Below, one piece after another: positions 1 to 11,520 of a DNA stretch of 52,725 bases (its first letter is position 1; the number at the start of each line of letters is the position of its first letter). The position numbers and the translations under genes were made by a program. The DNA comes from Fonticula alba ATCC 38817 (Eukaryota > Protista > Nucleariida), in assembly GCA_000388065.2 (NCBI GenBank), contig KB932214.1; one strand, written 5' to 3'. The notes beneath the pieces were generated by a model. The model made no database searches. It was not told where the DNA came from and saw nothing but the letters and a program-made list of their open reading frames with translations.

Positions 1-38
1 CCCCCCCTCCCGCTTCCACCGGTGTGTCCGACGTGAAG

Positions 39-2444
39 ATGTTCTCCAACTTTCGTGATCGCATGCGCCTCATTCTCGGGAATGTGAGCGATCTCGAGGT
101 GGTGGTGATCAAGTGCACCAAGAACGACACTCGCCTTGCCAAAGACCGCCACCAAGTCTGTGCGTCCTCCCGGCGGTCCTTCCCCGAGCCTCGCTCTCCC
201 GCGCGCGCGTCGGCTCCTATCTAACCCTGGCCTCCCGCTTTTTCCCTCCCTCCTCCCCCCTGGCCGGGGGCGGGCGGTGTGTAGCCCTGATGGCATACAT
301 CGGCGAGAAGGACAACAAGATCGAGCCGCTTTTTAACCTCATCGATTCGCGCCTGGGCTCCAAGCAATTCCTCGTATGTGCTGCCCCGCCATGCCTCCCT
401 CTCGCCGGCCCTCATGCCCGCTCCCTACTTACTCCCCTCCTCCATGTCTCCCCGTCTCCCCTCCTCGTGGATTGGCCCTCCCGCAGGTCACCCTCAAGGC
501 TGCCATCCTCATCCATGAGCTCATGTCCGACAAGCAGGAGGTCGTCATCCGCTACATCATGGACCACCCCGCTCTGCTGGACACCTACCGGCGTATGTCC
601 CCCCCCCCCCCCGTTCACTGCCCTCCCGATGATGAACGCCTCCTGCCGCTGGCGGCACCCCCATACACTCACACACACACACACACACACACACACGCAT
701 GTGCAGCCTGCAACAACTCCCTCTCGCCCTTCGTCCAGGAGTACCTCAACTACATCCGCCTCCGCGTGCGTGATCATCGCTGCGCCTCGCCGCTGTCCAC
801 CCATCCTCCGACACTGACATATGCCGCCTCCCCCCCACCCCCCCACCCCCGTCCCGCATGCAGGTGGAAATCTTCAAGGAGTCTCGCTTCGACCATGTCC
901 GTCGCCCGCTGAAGGAGGCTGGCCGCCTGCTGGCTAAGCTGCGCTTGTCCTCCCTGGTGTCGGACCTGAAGAACATCATCGCCCTGATCGAGGGCGCCAT
1001 GAAGGTGAACCCCCGGGTGGACATCCTCACCACCCCGGTGTCCATCGAGTTCATGCACACCCTCCTGCGCGACATCATCCGCCTGTATGGCTCGGCCAAT
1101 GATGGCATCGTTGACATCCTCAGTGCGTGCCGGGCGCCATCTCCCCCTTTTTTTTCTTCCTTTTCGCCTCCTCTCTGACACTTGCTGCGCCCCGGGGTTG
1201 GCTCCCTCCCCCCCTCCCCCACCCCCCTGATCGCGTGGTCCCATGCCAGACGAGTGCATGGAGATGAAGTACCCCGAGGCCCAGTCCTCCCTGGACACCT
1301 ACCAGGCATTTACCGCCCTCAGTGCCAAGATGTTTGCCTACCTAGATCAGTACCGCGCGATCGAGGGCCACTTCGAGTTCACCCTGCCCACCTTTGTCCA
1401 GCCGATGGATGACGTGTCGGCCTCGCTGCAGAAGCATGTGGAGAACTTGAAGAACCCGGAGAATGCCCCGAAGGGGCCTGACGGCGCGGCGGCCGCCGCT
1501 GCCACCCCGGCCGAGACGCCCCAGAGCATGCCGCGCAACCTGAATGTCGACGTATGTTGCCATGAGTGGCTCTTCCCCTCCGCCGCCGCCGCCGCCGCCG
1601 CCGCCTGCCTCGCGTTCCTTTGCCACTGGGCTGCTTGGGTTGGGGTTTTTTTTTCTTCTTCTTTCTCCCCCTCTTCCCCTCCGCCTCCCGAGGTGCCGCG
1701 CCTCTCCTTGCGACTGACCATTGTGCCCCCCGCCCGCGCCCATCCGTGAACACCACCGCAGGAAACCCTCATCATCGAGGAGGACGAGCTGGCCGACACC
1801 TGCTTCTGGTCCGAGGAGAAGGGCGGCGCGAACCCGAATGCCGGCGGTGGCGTCGCCATGGGTCTGGTCATCCCTCCCGAGGCCCAGGCCGGCCAGGTTG
1901 CCATGCACCCGCACCCGCCTGGCGGGCAGATGGGCTACCCGGGCTACCACCAGCCGCAGATGGCCCAGCACATGATGTCGCCGGGTGCCCCGTACGGGCA
2001 CATGAGCATGGGCGGCCAGCCGTACCAGCCGCCCAACCTCATGCAGCACCCCAACTCCATGATGGGCATCCCGCCCCCGGGGATGGATGGTGCGTGTGTT
2101 CTCTCCTTCGCTGCCTTTCTTTTCTGCTCCTCTCCTCGCCCCCTCCCNNNNNNNNNNNNNNNNNNNNNNNNNNNNNNNNNNNNNNNNNNNNNNNNNNNNN
2201 NNNNNNNNNNNNNNNNNNNNNNNNNNNNNNNNNNNNNNNNNNNNNNNNNNNNNNNNNNNNNNNNNNNNNNNNNNNNNNNNNNNNNNNNNNNNNNNNNNNN
2301 NNNNCCCCCCCCCCCCCCCTTTCCGCCGACACAGTTCGCTCCTCGTTCATTCCCCAGCAGCACTACGCTGGGCACAATGGCCCGGCTGCGTCGCCCTACT
2401 TCCCGGTCCAGGCCCCCGCTGGGAGACCCCTTGGCCCCAACTAA
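39..2444 (+). CDS. ANTH-domain clathrin assembly protein (AP180/CALM/YAP180-like), 8 exons, about 457 aa
   Basis: Phase-consistent GT-AG exons 39-159, 285-373, 487-592, 707-765, 864-1122, 1250-1551, 1762-2089, 2335-2444. Exon 1 encodes KCTKNDTRLAKDRH, matching the ANTH PI(4,5)P2 signature K(X)9KX(K/R)(H/Y). It is followed by VTLKAAILIHELM, FVQEYLNYIRLR and LLRDIIRLYGSANDGIVDIL helices and a Pro/Gln/Met/Gly-rich tail. An N-gap (2148-2304) in the last intron could hide an exon, and an upstream exon outside the window cannot be excluded. Confidence 0.85.
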
Positions 2445-3412
2445 GTCCGGCACTTAGAGGGCCTCTTCTGCCGCCTCCCGCTCACTTTCTCTCTCTTCCC
2501 CTTTGAGAGCCCATGCCACAGGCACGCCCGCCCCTGGGGGGGCGTGTCACGGCCGGTCGCCACCGTGGAGAGTTGGCCTGGAGTGGAGCCTCCTCTCCCC
2601 TCTTTCCTCCCGACGGAACAAGGGAAGCGAGGGGCCTACCATAGCTGTCACGCCGCGCGCGCGCGCGCACGCGTACACACGCACATGCACGTGCATGCCG
2701 TTTCCTGCAGGGCGGGAAGCGACGCCCCTTCCTCCACGCGTGTATACCAGGCACCCCTGTACCCCGTGGTCCTCCTCCTCCTCCCCCCCCCTCCCTCCTC
2801 CTCGCCTTTTCCTCCTCCTCTTCAGACCACCTCCCCCCTCCCTCTTTGCTCTCCTGTATGCCATGCCAAACAGCCTCCGTATGTGCGTGTGCCCATACCG
2901 GGCAGCACAGGGGGCGGGGCACGGACGTGTATACGCCCATCTTGAACTTGCTCCTCTCTTTAATCAACTCTTTCATTTTTATTTCTCGCCTGTGTGGCGG
3001 CCGTATGCATTGGATGAGGCGGGGGGGGGGGGGGGGGGGGCGGGGCGTGGACATGGGTAATCCACTCATCAGCACCATCGCATGCAGGCGACGAGCAGAC
3101 ATATTGGCAGATGGCGGGGGAAAGTGAGGAGGGCAGTCCCATCACGATGGAATCAGTGGGCGGAAGTCCCACGGCCGGAAGGGCGTGTCCCGTAGATCGG
3201 CCCGCGGCCCCCTCCCCCCGCCTCGCGCAAGCAACCGTTCGCAGTGCCAGACGAAGCCGCCTGGAGGGACCCCCAGGGCATGCTCTCGAGCGTGTGCGTG
3301 GATCGTTTCCATCGCCGCAGGCTGCCGTGAGGAGGGGCAGGGCGTGCTCCTCGGGGGAAAAGAAGGTGCCCGTACCACTGGCGCCGCCCACACCAACTCC
3401 ATACCTCCTTTA

Positions 3413-3444
<32 letters not shown>

Positions 3445-4189
3445 ACACACCCCCCCCCACACACACACACAGGGGCCGCGGGAGTGCCTTGCTCTTGCGC
3501 AGTCCCGACTGGGCCGGGGAAAAGCGCCAGAACTGACGAGCGTCTGAGGTCCCAACGAAACACCTCCCAGATGCCCACGATCTGGCTTGAAAACCGCCCC
3601 CCCCCCCGGCCAGCGCGACCGCGCCCGGGCCAGCGGGCTCCGGCGCTCTCGTGGTTTTCCCCGCCGCCCATGCTCCGGATGGCAGCAAGTCCAGAGGAGG
3701 GCTCCCCTCCAGGATGATGGTTGCCGCGGAGGAGTGCCGAGCCCCTCTGTGCGGCCGGATGGATGCCCCCGCCCTCTCCACTGAAAGCCCTCCTCCCCGA
3801 GCCACACCCATCCAGGACGGCCACCCCGCCTCGCTCTCTTCCCCTCCCCCTGCTCCCCCTTTTCGATTTCCCCACCTGCCGCCTCGCGTCCTCGCTGCTT
3901 CTGCGCCACCCCGTAACTTGTACGCATGTCATGTCTGCTGCATGCCGCGGCCTGCCTGCTGGCCGGTGCTCCCGCATGTGTCACCAGCATGCCTCCACAT
4001 GCGGGGGATGCCTGGGCCTGCTGCCCGTCTCTCTCACCTGCGCATATGCTCCCCCCCCCCGCCCTATCGGTATCAATCAAGCTCCGTCCGATTTGCTCTG
4101 CTAACCTTTCCCTCGTGTGCCTCTCTTCGAATGGCTGCCCCCGACCTTTGGCTTATGCTGCACACCTCCGCCGCCGAGCACAGTGCATC

Positions 4190-4925
4190 ATGGTGTACGT
4201 CTCTGAGCCCTATGCACATTGTCTCTCTCTCCCTCTCCCTCTCCCTCTCTCTCCCTCTCCCTCTTCCTCTCTCTTCCTCTCTCTCTTCCTCTCCCTCTTC
4301 CTCTCTCTTCCTCTCCCTCTTCCTCTCTCTCTCCCTCTCTCTCTCTCCCCCTCTCCCTCTCTCTCCCTCTCTCTCCCCCCTCTCGAGGGTATTTCCCCTG
4401 ATCACCCCGGCCGCTGCTGACCCCATCCTGACACGCCCGCTCCTTGTGACACCGCAGGACCACCGGTATTTCCAAGAACGAGATGTCGGAGATCGAGCTC
4501 CGGCGTCTTGAGGAGGAGGCCTTCAGCACTGGCCCGATGTCCATCCTCCTGGAGGCCGTCAAGAACCAGTCCCAGGTGCGCAGAAGCCCAGACCCCGGGG
4601 ATGGGTGCTCGAAAAGCAGGCAAGAGGAGCTGCCCCACATGTGCCTCGCTCCGAGGATGGTCGGTCCACTGACACGCCCCTCTCCTGGCTCCTGGGATAG
4701 GTTTTCATCTCCTGCCGCAATAACCGCAAGATCCTGGCCCGCGTGCGCGCCTTCGACCGCCACTGCAACATGGTCCTGGAGAACGCTCGCGAGATCTGGT
4801 CCGAGATGCCGAAGAACGTCAAGGAGGGCGAGACCCCGAAGCCGATCAACCGCGATCGCTTCATCACCAAGATGTTCCTCCGTGGCGACAGCGTCATCCT
4901 CATCCTGCGTAACCCCCCGGTCTAA
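4190..4925 (+). CDS. SNRPD2: Small nuclear ribonucleoprotein Sm D2, 3 exons, 115 aa
   Basis: Exons 4190-4194 (ATGGT|gtacgt), 4458-4575, 4701-4925 give [74 protein letters not shown]...[23 protein letters not shown]. The Sm1 and Sm2 motifs are typical of SmD2. Confidence 0.95.
4222..4382. repeat. Degenerate CT-rich microsatellite in SmD2 intron 1
   Basis: About 160 nt of ctctccct/ctcttc units, essentially pure pyrimidine on the + strand. Confidence 0.9.
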
Positions 4926-6629
4926 GCCATGGGGCCCTCTTTTTTTTTACCCCGCCTCTGTCGCATGTATCGGCACCCCGGGGCAAGGGGAAGACTTCCA
5001 GTCCGAAAGGAGAGGACACACGAGCCGCGGGCCGTCGCATGGGCCCCCGCCTGCCTGTATGCGCCCATGCTCAAAGGGAGCCCCGCGCATGTTCCCCCCA
5101 CCCTGGGGAGGGGCTGGCCTCCTTCTTCAGAAATACAACAACAATGCACTCCGCAATATGGGCAAAAGAGCCGCCCGGGAAGATCCAGACCGCAAGGGAG
5201 GGCCCCCATGAGGGGGGGGGGGGGGGGGGGGGGGAAGGGGAAATAGCGAGCCAGTGAGAGCAAGAGAGGCATAGATAGATTATCACAAGCACCGCAGATG
5301 GCGTCTCCTCCCCTCCCTTCCACATGGAGGGGGCAAGCGCCCGCTCACAAGGCAGATGCACCGAGGGAGGGTAGGCCCGCCCGGCGCGAGAGGCGCACGG
5401 CCCTTGATGGGAAAACGCGACGGCCCGGAAACGGGACGGCGGCGTGCGCCTCTCTCCTCCGCCCCGCCTGGCCGTTAGTCCCCTTGATGGGAAATCAGCC
5501 GTGTCCTTGGGCACGTGGCCCCCGTATCGCGGGGTGTGATTGGCACGTCTGTGGTGTCTTAACTGGCACCGGCGAGCCGAGCTATTGCCTGGCTGCCTTT
5601 TGGCCAACGCCGTGGCCAATTTTGGAGAGGACCACAACGCTGGCCCATGCCACTGGGGGGCTCTCCCGAGAGGGCGCGGTTGGTGTCGAGCGAGCTCTTG
5701 GGGGCCGGGGAGCTGGGAACGCGCTCCGTATTGTGGCCCGCCTCCGGGCCGGCCGAGGGCGTGCTTTATTTTGGCCGGCGACTTAGACCGGCGTCTCGGG
5801 GGCGCGCGGTGCCTCCTCGATGGCAGGAGAGCGCCGCGGCCCTCTCCCCCCCGACGCAAACCCGAAAGCAAGGGACCGCCGCCGCGCGCGAGCATTTTCC
5901 GGGCGGGCAAGGGCCTCTTGGCTTGTCGCACACGGCTGACGGCGCCACGTCCGCCGCCGCGTCCGGTCCTCCCCCCCCCCCCCCCCCGCGCGCGCGCAGG
6001 AAGAACCTCACGCCCAGCCCCGCATTGCTCAGGCACGGCAGCGCCAGACGGAGCTACCACACGCGCGCAGAGCGCATGTATCCGCGCGCACGCCGCTCAT
6101 CCTCCATCCTGGTGTGGGGCGCAATCATATGTCTGCGCGCGGGAGAGCAACAACAACAGAGCGAAAGGGGGCAAAAGGCAGACGTGCTCTGGGGGGGAGA
6201 GCGCGGGGGGAGACGCGCCCGTCTCCCTGTTCGGCAGGCACAAAAACACGCAGCTGGCGGACTGGGAGACAAAATTGGCACGCGCCACGAGGCGGTGAGC
6301 GACGTGGAGGGGGGGGGATATGGCTATGGACGGAGGGGGGGGGGGAGGGGGAGGCACAAACAAGCGCGCGCGAGAAGGGGAGAGAGGTTGCAGGAGCAGT
6401 AGAGGGGAGTCTATTCGACGGATGCGCGTTGGGCCACGAATCCCAGAGAGGGCGCAGGGCGTGCGCCGCCGCACAGGATGACGACGACGACGATGACGAC
6501 CCCGCTGGGAAGCTGAGCATGACACACCGACGCCGAGGGAGCCACCAAACCACCAAGCGGAGATGATGGCGCCACCCGTCGTCTGCGACTGCAGGACTGA
6601 TATTGGAAGGGCAAGGAGAGCCAAGGATT

Positions 6630-8322
6630 TTAACCCTTGATCTTGAAGCCGCGAGAGTGACGGCGACCACGAGCCTTCTCGAACTTGCGGCCCTTGGAGA
6701 GGGTGATGGGCCTGGGGGTGGTGGTGGAGAGAGAGAGGAGGGGAAGGGGAGTCTGTCAGCCTCGGGGGGGGGAGAGAGAGAAGGAGGAAGACGGGAGCAG
6801 CAGTGCGCAATGGTGCCCCGCGCCGCCGCTGCCCAAGAGGGAACAGGGGGCCGGGGCGGCAAGAGAGAGAGAGAGAGAGGGAGAGAGAGAGAAGGGAACG
6901 TACTTGGCGTGGCTGCCGGCGCCCGGGCTGAAGTACTTGTTGGCCTCGCGAGTGCTGGTCTTACCACGGAGCAGGAGGGTGTTCTTGCCAGTGGGGGCAC
7001 GGATGGCGAGCTGGTCGAAGGTGAGGACCTCACCACCGGCGGCGACGATGCGAGCGCGGGCGGTCTTGGTGACGTGGAGGGCGCAGACGGTGACCTTGGG
7101 GACATCGACCATGCGGACGTCGTCGGTCACGGTGCCGACGAGGACGGCGGTGGCCTCCTTACCCTCGACGAACTTGGCGAGCTTGGAGAGGGACATGGAA
7201 GGGCGGTTGACGCGGCTGGCGTACAGGCGGCGCAGGACAACAGCGTTGAAGTTGGACTCGGTGCGGCGAGCAAGGAAACGGTAGAGCTACGGGCCGGGTG
7301 GCGGGAGAGGGGGAGGGAAGCGCGAGTGAGCAGATGGGCACCAGGGCGACCGAAGGGGAGCGAGCAAGCAGGCACGAAGAAGGCCCCCCCCTGCTCCCGG
7401 CGCGCCTCGGGGAGACGACCCCGAGAGAGGGAGAGGAAGGGAAGGAGGGCGCGCAAGAAGGGCCGAGAGGTGCGCGCGCGGTGGGGACGACGACACGGTG
7501 GTGAAAGGGGCGAGGCGAAAGCGGGCGCGCACCTTGACGAGCAGAGCCAGGTAGGCGTTCTGGCTCTTGGGGGCCTTGCGGCGAGAGCTCTTGTTATGCT
7601 TGATGCCGGTCTTCTGAATGGCCTGTGGGAGCGCGAAGAGGAAAGGGAGGTCGTTAGAATGGCGCTAAGGAAGGGGCTGGCTGAGGAGGAGGAGGAGGAG
7701 GAGAGGGGAGAGGAGACACTCGGCGACCCTGCCTGAGGCAGGATTCCCGGGCATGTGGGACGGATAGGTGGCGCGCGCGCGTGCGGGGTGCGTGTCCGGC
7801 GCCGCCCGCCGCCGGAAGAAGACCGGCAACGATGGCGGATGCACAATGCATCCGACATGGCGCATGCACACATCCGCCGGGCCGCCACGCATGCATGCGG
7901 CTCGAGGTGTGGCACACCAACCAGGGCACACAGGCCCCTCCTCCTCGGGAAGGAGCAGGGGGAAGGAGCACCGGCCGGCGGACGAGGGCATGTGCGCATG
8001 GGCAGGCAGGGCCGCAGCAGAGTGGAGATCCCCGCCCCTGCCGAGTGCGCACAGGCGCAAGAAGGAGGGGAAGGAGGACCATGCGCGCCGTGTGCGGATG
8101 CGAAGGGCGTGCGCACGCGGCGCCACACATACACACGAGGCGATGGGGCGCGAGGAGGACCAGACACAGCGGGGCGTCGTCGCGCAGGCGCGCGCGCGCG
8201 CGCGCACGACACTAGCCGAGGGCCGAAGGGAAGCCCATGCGATCCAAGCGAATGGCGGGCGGAGGGAGGAAAGGAAAGGAGAGGAGGGAGGAGGAGGAGG
8301 GGGCAGCGTATGGACGAACCAT
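6630..8322 (-). CDS. RPL18: 60S ribosomal protein eL18, 4 exons, 185 aa
   Basis: Exons (minus) 8320-8322 (ATG|gttcgt), 7533-7622, 6904-7286, 6630-6711. The protein includes [55 protein letters not shown] and [13 protein letters not shown], all diagnostic of eL18. Placement of the ATG-only first exon is inferred. Confidence 0.93.
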
Positions 8323-10211
8323 CTTGTCTGACTGATGAGGAAAATAGTAATACCAAACCTCAGACAAAAGAGGCTGAAACCATGGGTGGATGGTGGGCGC
8401 ACTGGTGGCTCTTCACACCTGGCGCCGTCACTGGGTGCAGGACGACCAGAGGTGGCAGGCCGGCCGCAACCACAGGTCCCACTCCCCGGGGGAGTGGATC
8501 AGCCGCCGAGTCTGCGCCACGGCCGGGAGGGGGGAGGCGGCGACAAGGGCATCCCCAGTCACCCTTGGACCGGGACGCCTCCCCCCCCCCCCCCCCCCAG
8601 GGCGGGGTCCCCCCCCCCCCCCCTGCCCCGCAGCCACCCCCCGGCCAGCTAGGCACTCACGCAGAGACGGGAGCGCACGCGCACACGCACACACACACAC
8701 ACACGCCGGGGGGCGACCGGCGCCGCCTCGCCCCCACCCACCCCCCTCCTGGTCCCTGCGCACTGCAAGCTGCACCCCGGGCGAGGTGCCGAGGTGCCTG
8801 TGGACGGTGGGCCGGCGGCGGCGACGCGCGGGGGCAGGGGGGTCGAAAAAGGGCCGAATGCCCCGGCCCCCCCCCCCAGGGGGTGTGACCGGAAGACCGC
8901 CGGTGCTTGTGCGCGGACGCGTCCGCCGACCTCCCCCGCTGTGAGCCCGCCTCAGGATGGGGCACCTCTGGCGCGCACACATGCACACGGCCCCGAGAGG
9001 CCACGCCGCCCCTCCGGGGATCCCCCCGGGGACCGTCGCCCCGTAACTCGGGCAGTGTGCCTGTGCCGGCTCGTGCGTGTTGCCGCCGGGTGTGGGAGAA
9101 AAGCATGCCCCCCACGCCTGCACCTTGGCATGCTGCCTCCCTGCCTCTCCCCCGCCGAGTGCTGAGGCCATGGAAAGGAGGGACCGGCGACACACCGGAG
9201 ACGTGCACAGAGGGGGGGGGGCAGGGGAACACAGCCCCCGCCCAAGTGCCGACGGAAGGATCGCCCTACCGACGCTCGAGTGCTGCGGGCCTTTCTCCCT
9301 TGCGGCCTCCTTTCCCGCGTTCCGCCCCTCCAAGCTGGGGGGAATATATTGACACAATAATAATTGAGACATTACCCGTGTCCTTCGTGGCACTGTCGCC
9401 CGGCCGGTGGTCCGATTTTTTTGCCCCGCCGAGCTGGCCTCGCGCCGCCAGGCGACCGGTGGGGCCGCCGCGCCGGGGATCTGTCCTTTTTTCCTCCACC
9501 GGCCCGGCACATCCTAAACCCAATGCGGCGGGGAGGGGGGGGGGGACGAGACGCTGGGGCTGGCCAAAATGTGCGGTCTTCCGACGCGCGGACTCACATT
9601 TTCAATCCGCCGAAGGTGTGCCAACGATCGGGGCTCCCCATTGTCCCCCGGCTGGGAGCTGTGCGGTGCCCCCCGGCGGGCCGCATCGCGCAGGTCGCCC
9701 TTTCTTTGCCTTTTTTTTTTTTTTTTCACGCTCCATCGATCCGTCCTGACAACCGGCCGACAGGCACCAGGGGCGCAGGGCAAGAAAGGCGGTTCCCGTC
9801 ACATCTGCCTGTCCAGGGGCGAGGGGGACACCGACTGCTCCCCGTAGTAGGTGTCATGCAGCCGGGCGCCGGCTTCCTGTGATCCAGCTTCTCGGCTGTG
9901 GCCGCCCTGTCTGTCCGCCCCCCCCCCCCCCCGCGCGCTGTGCCAAAGCGATCGGGCACCTCCTGGCCTCCTGCCGAGAGACGGCCACCCGGGTGCCGAA
10001 GGGAGCATGCTCCAGGGAACATCCGTGCGGTGGTGCCCGGCTGCATGGGTGCCGCTGCGGCTGCTGAAGGGGAAAAGGGGGGGCAACCCGCCGGCACCCG
10101 GAGAACAGGGGCGCCAGCCATCGGCCATCCTCTTCCTCCTCCGCTCCGCTGCCTCCCCCCCCCCCTCGCGTTCTCGCGTTCTCGCTCTTGCTTCCTTTTC
10201 ACACCCGCACC

Positions 10212-11276
10212 ATGCGGAACCTGCACGCCTTCTGCTCGACGGGCGACGCACCCTGGCTGCCAGCTCCCTCGGCGGCCGAGACCTCCGCCCCGGGGGAGGC
10301 GTCGGCCCCCTCGAGAGCCCGGGCGCCCCCGCGGCTACTCGGCTTCGGCGAGGTCGACCACACTCTCGAGAAGCACCTCCAGGAGGACTGGTGGGAGGAC
10401 CTTTTCGACGAGGTGTACCTTCTGACGGATGGCGATGTTGTTGAGGATCCGGCCATCACCGAGCGCGAGGTGGACCTCTTGCTTCAGATCCTGGCGGGCC
10501 ATCTGCCGACCGGGGCATGCCCGGGCTCGGTGGCGGGCCCCTACCACCTGGTGGACCTTTGCTGTGGGCAGGGCCGGCACGCGCTGGAGCTCTTGCGCCG
10601 GTGGCCCGGGGGGCTGCGCGTCACCGGGGTTGACCAGTCGGCGACGCTGATCGGGGTGGCGCGCGAGCGTGCCGCGGCCGCCGGGGCCACCAGTGCCGCC
10701 TTCCATGTGGCCGATGCCCGGGCTCCCGGGGCGCTGGACGCCGCCGGGACCCCGGCCGACGCGGTCATCCTCATGGGCAACAGCCTTGGGTATAGCCCCC
10801 AGTCGGCAGACGACTCGGCCATCTTGCGCAATGCGGCGGCCGCCCTGCGCCCGGGCGGCCTCCTGGTCATAGACGTGACCAATGGCGAGTACATGCGGCA
10901 GAACTTCAGCCCCCGGTCGTGGGAGTGGCTGGATGTGCCGGCCGGCGGCCAGCAGTCGGCCGCCCCCGGGGCCGGGCGCCTGGCCGTCCGGTCGCGCAAG
11001 CTCTCCCCCTGCGGCGGGATGCTCCTTTCCCGGGAGATGGTCATCTGCACGGGGCACGGCCTGATCCGGGACAAGGTCTACGCGGAGCGCATGTACTCTC
11101 AGGCGGATCTGGATCGGGCCGCGGCCGTGCATGGCCTTGTCCCCGCCCGGCCGGCGCACTTCCTCGATGGCGAGACCTCTGCCCGGCTGGGAGCCGACAT
11201 GGGCATGATGGCCAGCCGCATGGTGCTGACATATTGCAAGGCGGCCCCCGGCGAGGGCGGCACTGGGGGTGTTTGA
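10212..11276 (+). CDS. Class I SAM-dependent methyltransferase, intronless, 354 aa
   Basis: Single open frame containing motif I LVDLCCGQGRHALEL, VTGVDQS, HVADAR, DAVILMGNSLGY and LRPGGLLVIDV. There is an N-terminal block EKHLQEDWWEDLFDEVYLLTDGDVVEDPAITEREVD. The substrate is unknown. Confidence 0.85.
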   Translation: MRNLHAFCSTGDAPWLPAPSAAETSAPGEASAPSRARAPPRLLGFGEVDHTLEKHLQEDWWEDLFDEVYLLTDGDVVEDPAITEREVDLLLQILAGHLPTGACPGSVAGPYHLVDLCCGQGRHALELLRRWPGGLRVTGVDQSATLIGVARERAAAAGATSAAFHVADARAPGALDAAGTPADAVILMGNSLGYSPQSADDSAILRNAAAALRPGGLLVIDVTNGEYMRQNFSPRSWEWLDVPAGGQQSAAPGAGRLAVRSRKLSPCGGMLLSREMVICTGHGLIRDKVYAERMYSQADLDRAAAVHGLVPARPAHFLDGETSARLGADMGMMASRMVLTYCKAAPGEGGTGGV

Positions 11277-11435
11277 GTGGGGCCCGTGCTCGAGGCACGT
11301 CTGTGCTCCCTCCCCCCCTCTGGGGACTGTGTCCTTCGCCTCGACCATCCCCCATCGGCCAGACGATGTGTATTGGGATTTCCCGGCCAATACAGATAGT
11401 TCCCTGGTGTTGATAGTGGCTGCCTATGTGTCTGT

Positions 11436-11520
11436 TCTCTCTCTCTCTGTGTGTGTGTGTGTGTGTGTGTATGGCCGTGTATGGCCGTGTGTGGCCGTGT
11501 GCGGCCGTGTGCGGCCGTGC
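11436..11520. repeat. Compound (CT)n(GT)n microsatellite followed by five 10-nt units (ATGGCCGTGT-like)
   Basis: Units atggccgtgt, atggccgtgt, gtggccgtgt, gcggccgtgt, gcggccgtgc at 11471-11520. Confidence 0.9.

Noticed and set aside
2482-4104. Many overlapping 100-300 aa P/R/G/A-rich ORFs in intergenic DNA (also 5000-6500, 8400-10200, 33000-36600, 40300-44900, 48300-49800)
   Set aside because: Such ORFs are expected by chance at this GC content. They show no domain motifs, no C-ending codon bias like that of the real genes, and no coherent splice structure.
4131-4189. Out-of-frame upstream ATG before SmD2 (possible uORF)
   Set aside because: The transcription start is unknown, so the ATG may lie outside the mRNA.
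9566-9602. 8-bp inverted repeat AAAATGTG...CACATTTT
   Set aside because: It is too short and the inner region pairs poorly, so it is likely chance.
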